Of a DNA stretch of 64,000 nt, positions 30,234 through 58,600 are shown one piece after another. The translations under genes and the position numbers were made by a program. This DNA comes from Phallusia mammillata (Eukaryota), in NCBI GenBank assembly GCA_965637545.1, contig OZ281497.1:6572001-6636000 (forward strand), given 5' to 3'. Below the pieces are notes generated by a model, which did not search any database, was not told the origin of the DNA, and saw only the letters and a program-made list of their open reading frames with translations. How positions within the stretch are numbered: position 1 is the stretch's first letter; the number at the start of each line of letters is the position of its first letter.

Positions 30234-31543
30234 TTACAATTCGGTGAACTGTTCTGAATCTGTTTTTCTTTTCTTTCGGAGTCCACAGATTCTTTTGGCA
30301 AACGCATGCGGTGAACATAGGGTTTTTGAATTTACACTGTCTTTGTCCGGTCGTGATTTTTTCAGTGTTATTGTCGGTTTTCGTGTGATTGTTGAACTTA
30401 TGTGTGTGTCTGTGGTGGCGCTGGTTGTAGAATAAACAATAGGAATTTCAATTGCTCTGCGAAATCCATTCAAATTGCCGTGAATTCGAAACCCCATTTG
30501 AAGACCGGGAAAAGGAGCTCAGATTTAAGTTTTTGAACTGCAACATGTACACCATAGTATAGTTTTTATTGCAAAAATTACAGTTGGCACAAAAACGCGA
30601 AGGCAGGAAGCCAGAAGGGGTGCTGTCGCTTTAGGGAAACCCACTTCTTAAACACCACCGAGCAGTCACTATTTACGTAATAAGAGGTCAGTAAACGTAC
30701 AAAACGAACACAATATTGTATCTACGGCGATAAGAATGAAAGAAACAAGGCCTTGCAGCAAGGAGCAGAAAATGCACAAGATAAAAAGCGAATTGCATGT
30801 GGTATATAAGAGCAAAAGGAATAAAATCTTCTGACGGGAAGAGCTCTCTACTGCCAGCAGTGGAACTATTTTTTATCGAGGAAATGCAGCAGTGGTCAGA
30901 TTGACGTCACGATTTTAGAGGATTCCGTACTGGGCTGAAAGTTAAATAGATCATTGTTATTAATTTCAAAATCTTTTTTGAAAATTACCTTGGTCCAATT
31001 GACATCAAACTCTTGCAGAAAATGAATAACAAATGCCAGAATTGGTCCATTTTCTTTGTGCTATTTATTATGACAAACAACATGCATTTTGGCTGTGTTG
31101 GTGAAAATTGTGACGTGGTCAAACAATTTTCATCATGCAACATTTAGGAATTAGTAATAGCAGTGATGTTGTTGGATTCCACCAATGTGTTATCAGATTA
31201 TGTTGTGATAAACATTGGTGTTAAAGGCGACCAGGAAAAGTTAAAAACAAAAAATTCTGCATTTATTTAAAGCAAAAAAAGCCGCTTGATAAAGCTTACA
31301 TGGGAAAACTTGTTGAAGCAAAAGGGTACCTTGCACACATACTTACGTACATGTTACTGAATTTGCTTGAGAAAAATTACCATCTTCCGTTTAAATAAAA
31401 TGAAAAACAAGCGATGGTTTTCCTTTAAGATATTAAGTTAGCTTCGCACAGCCAACATAAAACCAGAAAATACTTCAGAATTGTGTTTTAAGTTACCTTG
31501 GTATCATACTTGAACATTTCAATCGCGGCCGTGGTATCTTCTG
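30234..31543 (-). CDS. Candidate terminal coding exons of KANK (31543-31497 and 30456-30234)
   Basis: The last certain KANK exon ends at phase 0 without a stop. CTGCAG|CAGAAG...CCAAG|GTAACT gives QKIPRPRLKCSSMIP (phase 2), which joins TTTCGCAG|A to read RAIEIPIVYSTTSATT...RKKRKTDSEQFTEL*. Phases fit, but there is no homology support. Confidence 0.4.
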
Positions 31544-31820
31544 CTGCAGATAGAACAACGAAAAAACATGAAACGACGTGAATGTAAGCCGACGCTCTTG
31601 TCAGAACGGGTCAATACAAAATCGACATGCAAGAGCAAAGTGTTTCATGGGGTTACAAGAGTATTGGTGGTTGTTAGTTGTGGAAATTTTTGGATTTCAT
31701 GCAAGTTACTGAGCATAACACATGGCTGGTTTTATTTCGATTGTTATTAATAAACCTTTATGCTAGTATTTTTGACATGTTACTGTGCCCAAAAACCTTA
31801 ATGTATGTACTTTTCCTTAC

Positions 31821-32088
31821 AACCGGGGAGAAATTTTAAAACTTGAGGGTTTTTTACATGTGGTTCCCAACCAAGAAGGAATTTCTTCCAAGGGAAGAGT
31901 TTACTTTGATTTTTACATGTGGTCTCCAAATAGACACTTAGGAATATAACCAATGAAGTTGATAAAAGACCTTTTTTTAAACATTATTTGTATGGTTTTG
32001 CATCTACTATTTATAGTCTATTGGAGAGGAATGAAAATGTTTTGAATTGTTAAGGGAGCAATTTATCGAAACAGGTTGGGAACCACTG
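31821..32088. mobile_element. Second copy (5'-rearranged) of the 24832-25071 hAT MITE family
   Basis: Shares AACCGGGGAG.AATTTTAAAACTTGAGGG, AAATAGACACTT, GAATGAAAA.GTTTTGAATT and the right TIR GGTTGGGAACCACTG. Confidence 0.75.
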
Positions 32089-32296
32089 GATTAAGCTATT
32101 TCTTAACCTTTACCCTTTATTCTGTGGCAGTCGTCTCCAAAATAGAACCCACTGTTTTCGAGTATTGTAACTTTAAAATCGAAATTAAACAAATTTATGC
32201 GTTACAATTGTTAATGTTATTTTAGGCCCCCAGCGAAGCCACCATTCATGCACTGGGCCTTTTAAGACAAGATTGTCCCATTTTGTGTACACTTAC

Positions 32297-47952
<15,656 letters not shown>

Positions 47953-48528
47953 TGTTGAAGTTGAACGTAATGCCAACGAAAAAGGCTCATTTAAAGTGTA
48001 ACTTCAATTCTGTTTGGCTTTAGACTCAATGTGCGCTCTTATCGCCTATATATGTACAATTTTGGTCGATACTTATAATCATCAATAAAGATACAGACAA
48101 AAAGAAAAATCATCTTTAAAATATTACAATTCCGATCAAGGGGGTCTTTTAGGAATTGGTGTTCACAAAAAAACGATCTTTTTTTGATACAAAATTTATG
48201 GCGGTTTTCCTTTAAATATTAAACGTGTTAGTGGAATTGGTGGGGTTTGATTTAGACTTTATACAATAGGCAAAAACATAGCACACGACAAAGTACAACT
48301 TCAAAACTTAAATCAACTTTCTTAAAAAGTCTGCTCCGAATAATATATTTTTGCGGTTTCCCTTTAAGATAAAAAAAAGTTGTAATTTTCAAGTGCGGAA
48401 ACAGGGTATGGACATGAAAGCAAGTGGTGGCGTAAACGATATGCGTGGAAGCGGTGATGCGCAAAACAAGAGTTTCCTGTTTCGACCCACAACCCCATAT
48501 ATTTCACATACCGACCTAAACGTAGCGA

Positions 48529-48536
48529 TGACGTCA
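48529..48536. promoter_or_regulatory. CRE palindrome TGACGTCA in a GC-richer patch ~580 bp upstream of the proximal KANK first exon
   Basis: Exact motif match. A promoter role is inferred from position only. Confidence 0.3.
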
Positions 48537-50702
48537 TACTTTAGTTGTTGTAAACAATGATAGACACCTCAAATTGCCAGTTGGTTTTATAACATGTATT
48601 TTTTTATTGAACAAAGGGGTTACCAAATTGGGGTTACAACCCCCTTGGTGTGATTTTCTGTCGTTGTATGGGTGAAGAAAGATCTACCCAGCTTTGCCAT
48701 TTGGATCTCGCCAAAAAGGCAAACTACTGATTCATAATAGGGGAAATATTTTAAGCACATTTTGTGGAAATTCAGTATCTCTTGCTATGCGTACGTTCAA
48801 TAGTTTCTTAACTTCCAATTCGTTTGACGAAACCAAAGTAAAGTTGGCCAATCTAGGCGTTTCAAATTTTGGGACATATTTGGGTACTCAGAAAAGAGCA
48901 TTTTGCATTGCGTTGGTTGGAAATATAACAGTTTTTACAAAGTGAGACATCATATAGATTAATTTACCCACGACTACTGATTATATACATCAAAAATGTC
49001 CACATAACCCTATAAAACTTTGCTTTGTAAAAAACACAAACGGTTAATACACGATACTGTCAACAGTTGTAATTAGGTTCTCAGCATTTCCTATCGTTTG
49101 AACAGCTGTAAATAACCGCCAAGTCTTATGAACGCATCTGATAAGCGAAATCAATGCTCTAGATAATAAAATAACCAAACATGAAAATGCTACATTTGCA
49201 TCGAAGGCAGTGCAATGTGATCATACTTGAGATCATATCAAGCCTTACGGACGCTACAACAACTTCCAGCAAAATCACGTTGTTGAAATTCCACATCAGT
49301 GTCCGGTTGCCATAATGGGACAATTTCGTGGCAGAAAAGGTCAATACTTTTGACCGGACTGGTCTCCAGTATTTTGGGTTTTTGTTATTGCCGCACAGAC
49401 TTTAAATAGGTAAAAGTAACTTGAGAGTCATCAGGTCATTGCCAAAGGGTCAAGGTTATGTCAGGGTCAGTTTTCAACAACGTTTGCTGTTTAAGAAAGA
49501 ATAAACTGTACACATGTAAAAAAAACACATTCAAGGTGATTTTATTTTAAGGTGAACCATGTATTCGGCAAGTGATAAACTGGCCTAAAGACTTGAACAT
49601 CTTTATTGCTAACAAAGTCAGGTAAATTAACAAAAACAAAAAAACGCAAGTTGCTGAGAACATTGGTGTTTTTGTGCTTATTGGTTTTAGCGTTTATTTT
49701 TCCTATACCTTTGCTTTTTTCATAGGGGGGCTTTAACGCATACAGTAAATTTCGAAGACTTTGCACACACTTGTACCAAAAATAGTCACAAAAAAATAAG
49801 CAACAAATATTACAAAATGACCAACTCAGAGACCAAACAAGTTTCATCGATTTCTGTCTGGACGTGGCTTAGTGAGAAACGAAAGAACATGATGACGATT
49901 TCCCACAACGCGTTCGTTACAACGAAAATCAATTCTAGTTTCGATAATTAGTCGCAATTAGCTGCACAGCGAACACGATTACAAGCGAGTAGTGTTGCTT
50001 TGATCGCAGATTACTTTACACCAAATGGTTGCGAGTTTAATTGGTAATCGATACACGATACATCCACGGTTACGTGTACTAAATCTCATTAAAACATATG
50101 AGAGTGTACTATCGAGGTACGAGATACTATTGAAGGTGTTTAATAAATATTTTTCGGCGAAACACGCGCGTTTTATATGTGTATTTAACACCCATTTTTT
50201 CGATGTTTTTTTGAAGAACTCATGGACACGAGTTGTACGTTTTGTTTTACTCTTTGTGTAATCAAATTTACAAATTAGGTTAAATAACTGTTTATGGTTG
50301 TTTTTTATGAGAAAAACAAACATAATTCTGTGCAACTATTATTAATGTTTTGTGTAATTAACAGAATATACGAAACTCAGTGAGCAAAATAATTCCTACA
50401 CAGGTGTTTCAAATTAAAAAATCTCTCTTCTCTATGTCGATGCATCTACCTCACCGAGATATCGAAGCGGTTTTAAAGTTAACACTCATCCGGCTTTATA
50501 GGATTCAAATAAGATGGTCACGTTTCAGGAAAATTCAAGAGGCCTAACCCGAATTTTTGACCACCAAGCGTGCATTGTAAGGTTGTTACATTAATGGCTT
50601 CGCCAACGCCACGACTTACAGCGCAGTGATTCAAAATTATAAGTTAAAATTTGGTTGATGGCAAGTTTTCAGATAAAACGTATTTATTAAAATTTGTGAT
50701 TA

Positions 50703-50892
50703 CGTAAACATTGGTTAAACCGGATCCGGTTAATCTGGAACTTTGCCCAATTCGGACAAAACCAAAGGTACAAATGATTTGTAATGTGGTAAGGCTTTAA
50801 CTAATCGACATCGGTTAAATCAACACCTAAACTTCGCCAAATCCGGACAATAGTTTTGGTCCAAACCGGTTCGGACTAACCGAGGTTTACCG
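50703..50892. mobile_element. Second, more diverged copy of the Tigger-like MITE at 25813-26004
   Basis: Shares GGTACAAATGATTT.TAATGTGGTAAGGCTTTAA.T.ATCGACATCGGTTAA, TTTTGGTCCAAA and the terminal TAACCGAGGTTTAC. Confidence 0.8.
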
Positions 50893-51934
50893 CACCCTTC
50901 TTTGTGTGGTACCAAGTACCCAATTAATATGGTTAACAATTCTATTTGGCCTTCGACTAAGGACAATTTTAACATAAACTGCATGCAGTAATAGAGAGAT
51001 CATTCTTAAAACACAGAATTCAGACTCTAAAAAGGGCAAAGCAGTGGTCAAAATGTGCACCGGTCAAAGGTTTCATCAACCAAAAATAAACACATTAAAC
51101 GCGTCGCCAGCCGTCCTTTAATCCGCATACAAAACAGAACTGGTTTATTTACACAGAGCTAACCTTCAGTTTGACAAACAACGGAATGAAACGACTTATA
51201 TCTGGAAATGTCAATCATTTATGTCGTTACAATGCCGACAGTATGACATGTGGTCGACCACTGAGAAGGTTTTTGCGAGGAAATCAATCGTACGATACCA
51301 AAGAACGATAAGGATCCAGGAAAATCGACGGGCCCACTAAGATTTTAACCTCGGCTCATGGTTAAAATACCAAATTCTTCCTAGAACGTGCAAAGCCCAA
51401 TCTTGAAATGTGAAAAGACTAATCCGATAAAAAGGGGTTTGTCTGGGTTATAATAAGTCTACATCGGGTTGTTTTAGCAAGCTTCCATCAATTTCTGATA
51501 ACTATATTAGTCTTGATGAAGGCTTTCACCATATTTATTTCACACACATTTCATAAAAAACAAGATAAGCTGCATACAGAGGCAGCGCATATTGTTTCGA
51601 CCTAGCTGCAATGACCAAACCTTATAGGTTGAAATAGTGTGCACTGTCTGCAGCTTATGTGTGTAAAATATACTTGGTAAAACCTAGTGATAACCTAACA
51701 GGTCATTCATTGGCTTGATACTTTTATATTTCACAATAGGTTTTTGGCATCGAAGTTTCTCATTTAAATAAAAATCTATTGTACGGTTTCGTGTTGACAA
51801 AGCAACGTTCAATATGACTGTATGTATTACTAGAGCATGTTTTGCATATGTGATCTTCAAAAAGGTCGAACACAGCTCTTGAAAGATTTTATGAAGCGCC
51901 TGCGAACATGGGTAAAAGTCAACATGGCTCTAAC

Positions 51935-52631
51935 CTTTTGCGGTGGTTCTACTTCTGTTGACACTGCTATTGTTGTTGCTATTCGCGTTGTAAGTCTTTG
52001 CAGTCTTCGTGGTCTCCATAGGGTTAATGATTTTCTCTGGTTTTTCCGTGTTTGACTTCCAGAAACCACGAAGCTTATTGAACTCCATTCTATTGTCAGT
52101 TGTTGTAGTGACAAAAACGCCTACCAAAGGCGAGGTTACTTGGTTAAAAACAAGGGTTAAAAGCAGTAAGCCCTACAACATCATCCTGAAACGATATGAA
52201 AATAAGATTTGATACTTCTTGATGTACTACTGATAAGGTTGCATAAAATATTTCTTGAAATACAAAGATACTTAGTCCAAGAATTATAACTAACGCTAGG
52301 TAACTTAGTTTCAATGTGGTATTGTGTTGCATAGTAACGAAACACAAAACTATTTTACTGTCACTAATTTAACTTTACAATGTACAGTAAATAAACTGTA
52401 ATGTTGCTCACTAATTTGCCGTTGGTCAGTAAAATTGCATTACCTTCAGAAAACAGATAAAAAGGCATATAAGACTGCATTGAATAGACTACACCTAACA
52501 GTCCTAGCACTATAGTACACGTTCAACATAATTAACCTATGAGAACACACAGTCGACCACAAAACCCACAAAAAAATGCAAGTACTTCGTTAAGTGGACT
52601 CACTTGGCGATTTTTTCAATGGGCTAGTCAT
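51935..52631 (-). CDS. Candidate distal coding exons of KANK (52631-52604 and 52120- or 52088-51935)
   Basis: MTSPLKKSP A|GTGAGT (phase 1) and MEFNKLRGFWKSNTEKPEKIINPMETTKTAKTYNANSNNNSSVNRSRTTAK G|GTTAGA (phase 1). Both fit the phase-1 KN exon acceptor at 47267. The first also joins the second in frame through the acceptor at 52120. Confidence 0.5.
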
Positions 52632-55600
52632 TTGGCCCCGACTCACTACTAATCCCTCAAGTGCCTGGCGCTGGTTAATTGCTCTACAGGTGGACGGTGA
52701 AAATAGACGCGCCAATTTCGATGTATAGGCTTTAATAGCCGCGTTGGTATACAATGGGCAAATTGCGGTTGCTTTGTTTGCTGCTTATAGGTCGTGCCGT
52801 GCTTTGTGAAAAGAAAGAGTTGAATGACGTCGTTCTTGGTAAATCTAATAGTTTTTGGTCGTTGCCGCTTTGTACCATTCAAGTGGTTTTTAAACAAGAC
52901 TTGTTCAGTCCAATGTAACTGCGGTTTTAAGACATCTTTGAAATAAGATGAGAATAGTTTGAAACCTGTTTAAGGAATACGTTTTAGAAATGTTTACTCC
53001 ATACAAACCACTTTGAAGTCAAAAAATCATTTTCGGTTTGTGTTAAGGTGTACGAAAAGAGACTTTTTGACAGAGAATCGTACAACGTACAAGTGATTAC
53101 ATTTAGTCCCATGTTAGTTCAAGTTACCAATTCTTGTTACTCCAAAGGTTAGAAACTACTGAAAAACCGTTGCGTCCACCAGGTTGCATATTTACCGAAT
53201 TTGTCTTTTAAGTGCTAATTTGCTGACGTTTCGCCAATTCGCCCAGTTATACGTCATATACTCGCTTTTGACGTCGCAACGTAACTGTTGGACGTCACTT
53301 CAAATGACGCGGTGTCCCACTTCAAACAGAGTTTAATGTTTAACTCAGTTATCACTTATTACCTATTTGCACCCATCAAAGAATTGGACCAGTTTTCCAT
53401 CCAAAATTCTGCCAACCAATCTCAAAAAATACGTCTACGTTTACGTAACCACTTGCCACATGCATAAAAACACTTAAACGAAGTATCCTTCTGGACAGTG
53501 TTTTTTTAAGGTGTTTTGGGTGTCAAATTTCTCCAGCGGTTTCCCAAAATTCCCGTTTAAGCAAATATGGCTATTTTTTGGTATTTAAATGAAACACTTG
53601 CGGTCTCTTAAAACTACTTAGCGGTCACCCAAACCAAACCTTAAAAAAAAACCTGCTTCTGGATACCAATTTTTACAACATAACAGACGCCTATTAAACC
53701 GATACCAATTACAAAGCAAGGAGTCATGTATAAACGCCATCCCGCATATATTGATTCATATGCGACGAATATATTGATCGATTGCGGAAAATGAGAGCAC
53801 GAATTCCCGCTGGTTTCAAATTATGCCACTTCCAGATTAGCACGCCTCGAATTTCTCATTAACTGAACGCAGAAATCTGTGTAGATTATTAATGTACACG
53901 GCTGTTCCCAAATCTGCATTTTACCTGTCATAAACATATACCAGTTACTCGGTACTGCAACATACTGGTAAAACGCATGTATACACCGGTTTACTATTTC
54001 AAAAGGTTGGCAGATTCTCAAAATAAACTTCAAGTATACGTAAAAAACAACCAACAGTCTTTCTCGTTTTTTGACAAATTTAGCGTAACAAAGCAAGGTA
54101 TGGATATGTTCAGCATTTGAACTGACTAAAACAACATATATTCTAAGCAAATGGTAAACTATACTGCTTCGGAAACGCCACGAAATATTCGGGCTCTATC
54201 AATGACTTTTCAACGGTAACAAAATCATCACCTGTGGAATCTAAAAATTCCACACTGAGCTTCTATCAAATTTAAATGAAGGTCTCTCTATGTAGATGAC
54301 TTCTTTGTCAGTCAGGCGTTCAAGCTTGTTAGCGCATAAGCAGGAAATCGTAATCGACACGCATTAAACGGTCAGGCAGACCTTCTTTGCGGCTATTCCA
54401 TTGCCAGCGACAAAATCTCGGCTAATCGCCCAGGAAAAAACAACACAACGGATAAGAGCTAACGTAATCCTTCGTCGGTCAGATGTCCTTGTGTACACAA
54501 TCCGCTAATACAAACAGCACGGTGGGTTTTTGGGCGATTTCAAAAGTCACAACAGAGCGTTCTTATTTCTTACTCTGAAAATGCGCTGGAGTGATCACGT
54601 GAGCACGCGGCAAACGGAGCGTGACAGATGTTTTTCCACGCAGTTTCTGCTGGACGAAGTCCAAATATGGTCCAGCGGTTTTCTGGCTAAGTCGAAAACT
54701 GCGGCCATCTTTAGACGGCGATCCTACTTATTAAAGGTAACTGCCAAACATATTTTGTTTCAACGTGTTGAACTTAGTACATGCAGTAAAGTAAAGCACG
54801 ATAAAGACCTAAAAAGGAAAGAAACAGTTCATTCGGCGGGGGCATTTTAAACTTGAAATATAGCCTTTTATCTAAGGTTTAATTACGTAAAAAATGTCGG
54901 AACAGTTCTCCTTTAAAGTCGATTCCCGGTGACGCAAATAACAGATAAACGCGATTTTATCAACTTTACCACAAGCCCATTAGAGTACGATTCATGTGTA
55001 GGTCGTCGAAGCCACGTTGATACGCCAATGGGAGTGTACGATTTTAGATTGAGTTACAAGGCTTTAAAAGGATGTATACTAAAGCCATGACATTTAGAAA
55101 CAGCATTTTCCCACGTTTTCCAGCAAAGGTAAAACGTTGCCAATAATTTGCACATGCACAGCTTTTCGAATGGATAAATTTGGACCATAGCGACGGATAA
55201 AACTTTCAATTGAATTCCTAATCAATAAAGTAGGGAATTATTTTACCAAAACCGGTATAATTCATTTCAATTTTTACCTGACGATAACATTAGAAACTGT
55301 CGAAACTCAGATACTGACTTGCATTTTCTTGCTCTACAATAGTAGCATTTGCGGTCTAGAAGTATGTAAATTGCACAATTGGTAGCAAACCGCGGCATTG
55401 TTGACAATTTTACCCTTCTGTCTCTCTATTCAATAAAACTTATATCCGATTTTAAAGCAACTTCTGATCAGACCAAGGCCGTACAAAAACACTATCAAAA
55501 CCACTTCACTTTTAGACTAAGATCCAAAACGCTCTTTGCGGACAGACACGGCGAAAAACCCACGCAAAGATGCGGGTTGCAGTTTCAAACAGCAAGGAAA

Positions 55601-58600
55601 CCGTTGCTCTCTGACTTTTCCACACGTCGTCTATGAATGCCCACGAAGCCGCATATCATTTTCCATGTTGTTGGGGGATCTTAAAGCACAAGCCCAACGC
55701 TGTTTTCGAACAAAACAAGTCGATGTCAATCATTTTACGATCCAAAGGTCTGATTGACAGCAACCACATCAATTTTCCAGAAAATACGTTATTAATGTAT
55801 TGGAAGTGCCATATATGGGTGGAATGGAAAATTAATGTTGCAAGGACCAGAACCCGGTGTTTATGAAATCAACCTTTGAGTAATGGCTGATCAAAATAGA
55901 TTTGTTGAAATTGTTGACCCTTCATACATAGTGTAGGTATCAGCTAAAGTGCACTAAACCCACTCAAATACCTAAACAGAGTAACTGGGTTTTTCGATTT
56001 TCTAAATGTTAATACAGTGAAATTCACCAAAAAATGCTCTTTGTTCGCGCGTGGATTCCGATGAAAAAATCTGTCATATTATGCGACATTTTACCAAGCA
56101 CAATCTGCCCACACAATACTTTTAAGCGAGATTCAACCTGGACTTCAAACTTTTAAAGCCTGGCAATCAGAAGGTTTCATCTATGCACAATTTCTGCGGT
56201 CTCAACATGTCGCCTGGAAAGACCGAACTTAAATAAAGTTATAGCAATCACACGCATGTAAGAAACGTCCATTGTTGCAAACAAGAAAACAGCTAAAATG
56301 ATGAGGTTTGATATTGCAAAACCTCCTTCAATTACGCTATTGACACAAACCCACTGTGAGTGAAACTTTTTTTAACCAAAAAAAAAACATCTCCCAAACG
56401 CAACTACGCTTACCTGGGAAACCGTTTTTAGCTTAATTTAAATAACAGCCTAGAACGTTTTGGGCCAGCTGAAGAACTCATTACAAGCAAACGAATTCTG
56501 CCCCTCATATCACTCTATGTTGCTGAACAAACTTCTTTGTACTAAGGCACAAGGAAGTCAAGTCTACCGGTGCATGGACGGAGAGTCGGAGACACCATAC
56601 AACTGATATTGGTTGGTTGAAACAGGAGGGCATTGATATTGCGAGAAACAATACACCGACAAGAGAAAAGGTTCGTGGCACGCTGACCTCCCAATTCTAC
56701 AAAGTTCCCACACGCCAAGATACAACAAGTTTTGTACGTCCTGTGTGGTACATTGCCGACTGGATAAACCATATATAAAACAGTCGATTGTACACTACCT
56801 ATATAATACTGTACTCCCGCATGAAACGTCTAAGGATTGGGGTTAAAAAAAACATATCAAACCAAGCTGTTAAGGAATGTTTTATGAGCGGACCAAAACC
56901 CACTCCAAACCTATTTGCAAACCTTTTTTGACTGCAAATCAATAAAATCTATTCATAAGCCTAAACAGACAGCAGAGAATAACAGTAAAACCAGCCTCAA
57001 ACATTGCAATTCTGTCTCAACCAACAGTGGAATTTCCATACATTTCTATGAACTATAAAGCAAAGCTTTTAATTCACCTCCCACACCTAACAAGCAGCCT
57101 CACGTAAATGAGATTGGTCTATAATCGTTCACCGCATCCCGACAATGTGATTTAAGCTGGACCAAGCAGCTTAAACCATACTTTCAATGCAATTGAATGT
57201 ACCAGTCGAAAACAACTTACGTGCACTTAAAGTAAACCATATGAGTTTGTTATAAGTGCATATGGTAGTAATAGGATAACCACAATTCTTGAAAGCACAG
57301 CTTAAGGTCTAGCGCTGTTGTATTTTAATGGCTTTAACAAACGCTGCATTATACACATGCAATATTATGGGGCAAACTGGCCCTTTGAGACCTTAACCTT
57401 GTGTATATCAGTTTTAAAGACATATTTAACTAAATCTTGGTAGTCCATATTTATTTCACATCATAAGTGCATAATGCTTCGGTCTAAAACTAATCTAGAC
57501 ATATAAAACTTCCAAAACGTCAATATAAGCTGAACAGGAAATTGCTTTTAAGACGTTATTTGCACGAATGCAACCCATGCATTTCCTCGTTAATTTATTT
57601 GTGGGCCTCAAAAACACCTAAACATATTTTAACTATCGCTACCAATAAAACTGTTGATAGTAACCAGCTTACTAAAATCACCCTGTTCAAATTCCCCAGA
57701 AAAAAAAGCTTTCACAGAATTCAGGTAATTGAATATCTGTCCTGTACTTTACAGAAAGGCACACCCGTAGTCAAATAACGAACAACCCATTAAAAGCAAC
57801 TAGGTGCTGACAAAACAACACGTCCAAACACATTAGAGCTTTTTCGTCGACTACCGCCCGCTGGCAGATTGTCACGAGAACAAAAACAACTTTATTGTGA
57901 AGTCAGATCCACCTGCTTGTAACCACGAACACTTGTGAGAGGAAGCAGCTTCGACGCTTCTTAGCCGTAGGGTATGTTTGTAATTGCTGGACACTTAGAT
58001 ATGGACTGTAATAAGCAGATTGGGTGACGGCTATCTAGATTTTGTTTAGGCACCTGAAGCGGGAACGCAAGTAAGATGCCTTTACCAGAAGCACAGTAAA
58101 TACTTGGAAAGCGACAGTGTTAGCTTATCTGTGAATAAATGGTTACCTACGCTTTTGGGGAATATTTGTTCACATAAACAAATCGAATAATTGACACATT
58201 TTTATGAATATTTTCCAATGGTGTTACAAATACTTGCATACCACACGGAAATCATATCCAGAAGTGTTTTTTTCACAGCGGTTACACGAAAGAAAGATTA
58301 AAACAGGCTCATATAAGTGCATTTGCGTTGTAATATCAATGTATTTACGACACTTGTGTCAAAAGAACATGTGTTAAATGAACACTTTTCATGTTAGTTT
58401 CCAACCCGTAAAGTATTAAACCAAACAACGACAACATGTGCTGCTAACACGTTTAACTTATCTGCACAAAAAACATTCCTAAAAAACAATTTTTGTAGTG
58501 TTCTCTGTTCACCACTACTGTACAAGAGTTTGATATACAATACCAGACGCCGTGCGTCCATCATAAATTTGCACAAAACGGGCTCTACACGAAATTTGAT

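Noticed and set aside
56530-56780. GC-richer patch with open frames on both strands
   Set aside because: No start or convincing splice context on the plus strand, and no recognisable protein on either strand. More likely regulatory DNA.
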